A stretch of DNA of 64,000 bases from positions 1 through 64,000 of the forward strand of contig JALAGF010005483.1 of assembly GCA_030167865.1 (NCBI GenBank), given 5' to 3'. A program made the position numbers and the translations under genes. The stretch's first letter is position 1; the number at the start of each line of letters is the position of its first letter. Source of the stretch: Craspedostauros australis (lineage: Eukaryota). Shown here in pieces: positions 61,080-64,000 of this stretch. The notes beneath the pieces were generated by a model. The model made no database searches and was not told the origin of the DNA. It saw only the letters and a list, made by a program, of their open reading frames with translations.

Positions 61080-62271
61080 TCTCACTGTTGTTGCCGTTGT
61101 TGTTGTTCTTCTTCTCGCTATCGTACGACTACAAGGAATCCGATCGTGTTCTTGTTGGTTTGCTGAGTGTATGAACCTTGAATTTGTGATCGTTGTTGGT
61201 TTGTTGCTCTTGGCCGCTGTTGCGGGTAGGTACGATACGATTGTTTCATTCTGTTTGTGTCATTTGTGTTGCGGCCACGAACGTGTGGTGGTGATTCACA
61301 ACATGGCACCGTTGCCGTCTCTCTTTGCTGTTCGTTTCGATTCTTGGAACGTCTGAATAGTGCACGAATGGGAAAGTGCAGTACACGACTGGAATGTGAT
61401 CGAATGGGTCTCACGCGCAACGGCCTGGGATAGTGGTAGGTACGAAGCTAGATAGATGTCGTGGAAACACGATCGGTTGTGTTTGAGATTGATACAACTA
61501 TCATCGTGAAGTACGAGTTGCGAGTACGACCAACGCGCATGAGCTACAATCAAGAGTGAATAGATCGTACGCATGCAAGGCATCACCAGTTGGCAGATCT
61601 TGATGTGAGTGGTGGTGATTGATTGCCGATGATTGCCAGTAAGAGAGAGTCGGTGAGGAGCAGAAGTAGATCGTACCCATCGAAGTGTAGGTAAGTATGC
61701 ACTTCGCGGCTGGCAGAAGTGAAGTGGCTCTTGTTCATATAATTAGTCGTCCTTGCAGGTCGTACTGGTGGTCATTGTAGCCAAGAGGAAGGATTGGATC
61801 ATGGATCTGACAGAAGTGAAGGATGCCTGCCTTTGCACGAACCGCTCTTCACTGTTCCCAAGTCGGGACCGTTCGGACAGAACAGGAAAAAGGAATCGTG
61901 GATCTCGGAAATACCTGGTACGACTCGGAAGGATGAGCACATCACACTTCGCTCCCTCCGCACCTTACCCGTTCTCTGTTTGTGCTGAGGCAGATTTCTT
62001 CCTGCGATCAAAGTTCAGCATCTGAGATCCAGCACCGGATGGGAGGTGATACTCACAAGTGCGTGCAGACACAGGACGGACGGGGCAGATATCATAGTAT
62101 ACTTTGAGAACAGGAACACAAAGCAGCATCACCGCGACCAAACGAGACAGCATCGAAACTTTGTCATACCCACCAGTGTGACACCGTGCTGAGACTGAGA
62201 CTGAGAGTGAGACTGAGACGGGCACCGGTACCGTCTTCTGCTCAAGATCGCACACTCACAAAGCCCACCAC

Positions 62272-64000
62272 ATGGAAATGATGGCTCCGCTTTCCGAGAA
62301 CCAATCGACCAAGATGCCTGAGAGTCCCACCACCATGCCATCGGTGACGGAGATGCCTCGATCATCTCCGCCGTCACTCCCTTCAACAGACAACGCTGCA
62401 AAGACAAGGAGGAAGGAGAAACGCAGGAGCGGCGAAGGCTCCGGCAAGCACAACCTGGGTCTGTCTGAGCTCTCCAAGCAACTGCGCATCCTGCAGAATC
62501 AGAACAAGGTGCAGCAGATCGAGATCGATCGCCTGGAGAGGCAGCTCAAGCTGCTGGCGGACTTGCAGAATGTTTCGGTTGGAGACCTGCGCAGCGCCCT
62601 CTTGAAGGCCTGCCAGGGCGAGGCCCATGCGGAGCTGCAGAGGACAGTGGCGTCGCTGAAGGCGCAGCTGCAGGCGGCGACGCTGGCCAACCAGAAGGGA
62701 ACCAGCATCAAGGAGGTCTCCGCATCCAACGACATTGCGAATCTGCAGCTGCGCCTGGGCGAGATGGAGGAAGTCGAGGATGGGCAGAAGGCGGAAATCA
62801 AGAAGCTGTATGCCTACTTGGCGAAGGAGAAGGAACGTGCCGCACGGTTCAAGGCCAAGTGTGCCAGCCAGCGATCCGAAATGGAGCAGATGAAGGCCCA
62901 GGCGGAACGGGAGAAGCTGGAAGTTGACGACTTCATGAAGCAGCTCAAGGATTACCAGGCCAAGCTCGCCTTCATGGAATCCACAGTGCGGCTGCAGCAG
63001 AACGAGTTGGACGAGTGGGCGGCGCTGGGCAAACGGCTCAAGGCCAGCCAGGATGACAAGAACAGCATCATGGAGATGCAACGGTCGGAGGCGGACGAGG
63101 CGCACATGAAGCAGATGCGCGATCGCTTGCAGGCGGAACGGGAAAGCAACAAGAAGCTGGAGAATGCCATCCGAGCCGCCAAGTTCGACATCTCCGCACT
63201 ACGCGACGAGGCCAACCGTGCCAAGATGTTCGAAGCGAAGAGCCGCAGCGATGCTGATCTGGAGGTTCAGATATGCAAGGAGAAGGTGGGCGTGCTGGAG
63301 GACCAGCTGACGGCGACCAACGAGAAGTACAAGCTGCGCAATGACCAGTTCAAGGCCAGGTTTGCGCTGCAGGGAGAACGCATTCAGGATCTGGAGCAGC
63401 AGCTGTCTTCGCTGTACGTGGCGTTCGAGCTTCTGAAGAATGACCGCAGCGCGGAGGATGCCACTCGTGAGGCATTGCGCGCTAACCTGGCAACGGCGGA
63501 CGCTACCGTGGCACAGCAAGTGGAGGAGATGGAGAAGAAGAAGCGCGGTGGCGCCCATCGCAGTCAATTGACTCCGACTCCACCAGCACCGCCGTCGCCG
63601 TCGACATTCGCAGCAACAAGAATGGCGACGGCAGCAGCAGCAGCAGCGAGTCCGGTAGGCAATGAACAGGCGAGAGTGGATGCGCCCGGTCTCTCGTCTC
63701 CGCCAGTATCCGCACGAGCCCCAGCCCAAACGACGCCATCGTCAACCAGATCGCCATCTCCCGCGCGCTCTCCCACCAACGCATCGGAATCTCCGCAGGG
63801 TCACAACAAGCTTGTGATGACAGGGCAGATCCTGCTGCGCACGAGCGGCATGGTGAAGCAGTGGAAGAAGCGGACTGCCAGCCTGTACCAGTCGGACAGC
63901 AGGTACAAGCTGGTGGTCTTCGCTGACGAATCGTCCAAGCAGAAGGTGTTCAGCGCACCTATCGGTGTGTCGCGAGTCGAACAGTTTCCGAGGCAACAGT
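62272..64000 (+). CDS. Coiled-coil protein with a probable C-terminal PH domain (3' end outside window; absent from the ORF track)
   Basis: The frame from ATG 62272 (MEMMAPLSEN...LSELSKQLRILQNQN...) reaches the window end. Long heptad-rich region, Pro/Ser linker, then LVMTGQILLRTSGMVKQWKKRTASL, which resembles PH-domain strands 1-2. Confidence 0.8.
   Translation, partial: MEMMAPLSENQSTKMPESPTTMPSVTEMPRSSPPSLPSTDNAAKTRRKEKRRSGEGSGKHNLGLSELSKQLRILQNQNKVQQIEIDRLERQLKLLADLQNVSVGDLRSALLKACQGEAHAELQRTVASLKAQLQAATLANQKGTSIKEVSASNDIANLQLRLGEMEEVEDGQKAEIKKLYAYLAKEKERAARFKAKCASQRSEMEQMKAQAEREKLEVDDFMKQLKDYQAKLAFMESTVRLQQNELDEWAALGKRLKASQDDKNSIMEMQRSEADEAHMKQMRDRLQAERESNKKLENAIRAAKFDISALRDEANRAKMFEAKSRSDADLEVQICKEKVGVLEDQLTATNEKYKLRNDQFKARFALQGERIQDLEQQLSSLYVAFELLKNDRSAEDATREALRANLATADATVAQQVEEMEKKKRGGAHRSQLTPTPPAPPSPSTFAATRMATAAAAAASPVGNEQARVDAPGLSSPPVSARAPAQTTPSSTRSPSPARSPTNASESPQGHNKLVMTGQILLRTSGMVKQWKKRTASLYQSDSRYKLVVFADESSKQKVFSAPIGVSRVEQFPRQQ

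Noticed and set aside
62383..63996. Minus-strand ORFs listed at the right end
   Set aside because: They are antisense to the + strand coiled-coil gene that starts at 62272.

Overview
This is eukaryotic nuclear DNA. A diatom or other stramenopile is most likely, inferred from short GT-AG introns, compact gene spacing, bipartite plastid-type targeting peptides and diatom-style ankyrin and LRR families. I saw no rRNA, tRNA, CRISPR array or intact transposon. About 18 protein-coding genes can be supported. The left end holds a giant (>4,100 aa, runs off the window) protein with no signal peptide, built almost entirely from roughly 80 copies of a Trp-centred amphipathic motif (R..E/D-I/M-E-x-A-L-D/N-W-M/L-R) and containing two separately homogenised tandem arrays. 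It is transcribed divergently from a kinesin-1-like motor whose long tail carries about 19-20 xQT[DE] motifs resembling dynein light chain LC8 binding sites, plus four further Trp-centred repeats. The remaining genes are: a plastid-targeted hypothetical; a tandem pair of DUF2834-like membrane proteins; GatC-like; CtIP/Sae2/Com1; METTL6-like; two ankyrin paralogues; NUDT17-like; a double-TPR SGTA-like protein; a GT61 glycosyltransferase; a COPI-associated protein; an RNI-like LRR protein; a spliced ubiquitin-like gene whose RLRGG is followed by a 45-aa Cys-rich hydrophobic tail; Vms1/ANKZF1; and a coiled-coil plus PH-like gene that runs off the right end. The non-coding octamer TACGAGTA is strongly over-represented. 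All family assignments come from motif recognition by eye; no database searches were run.
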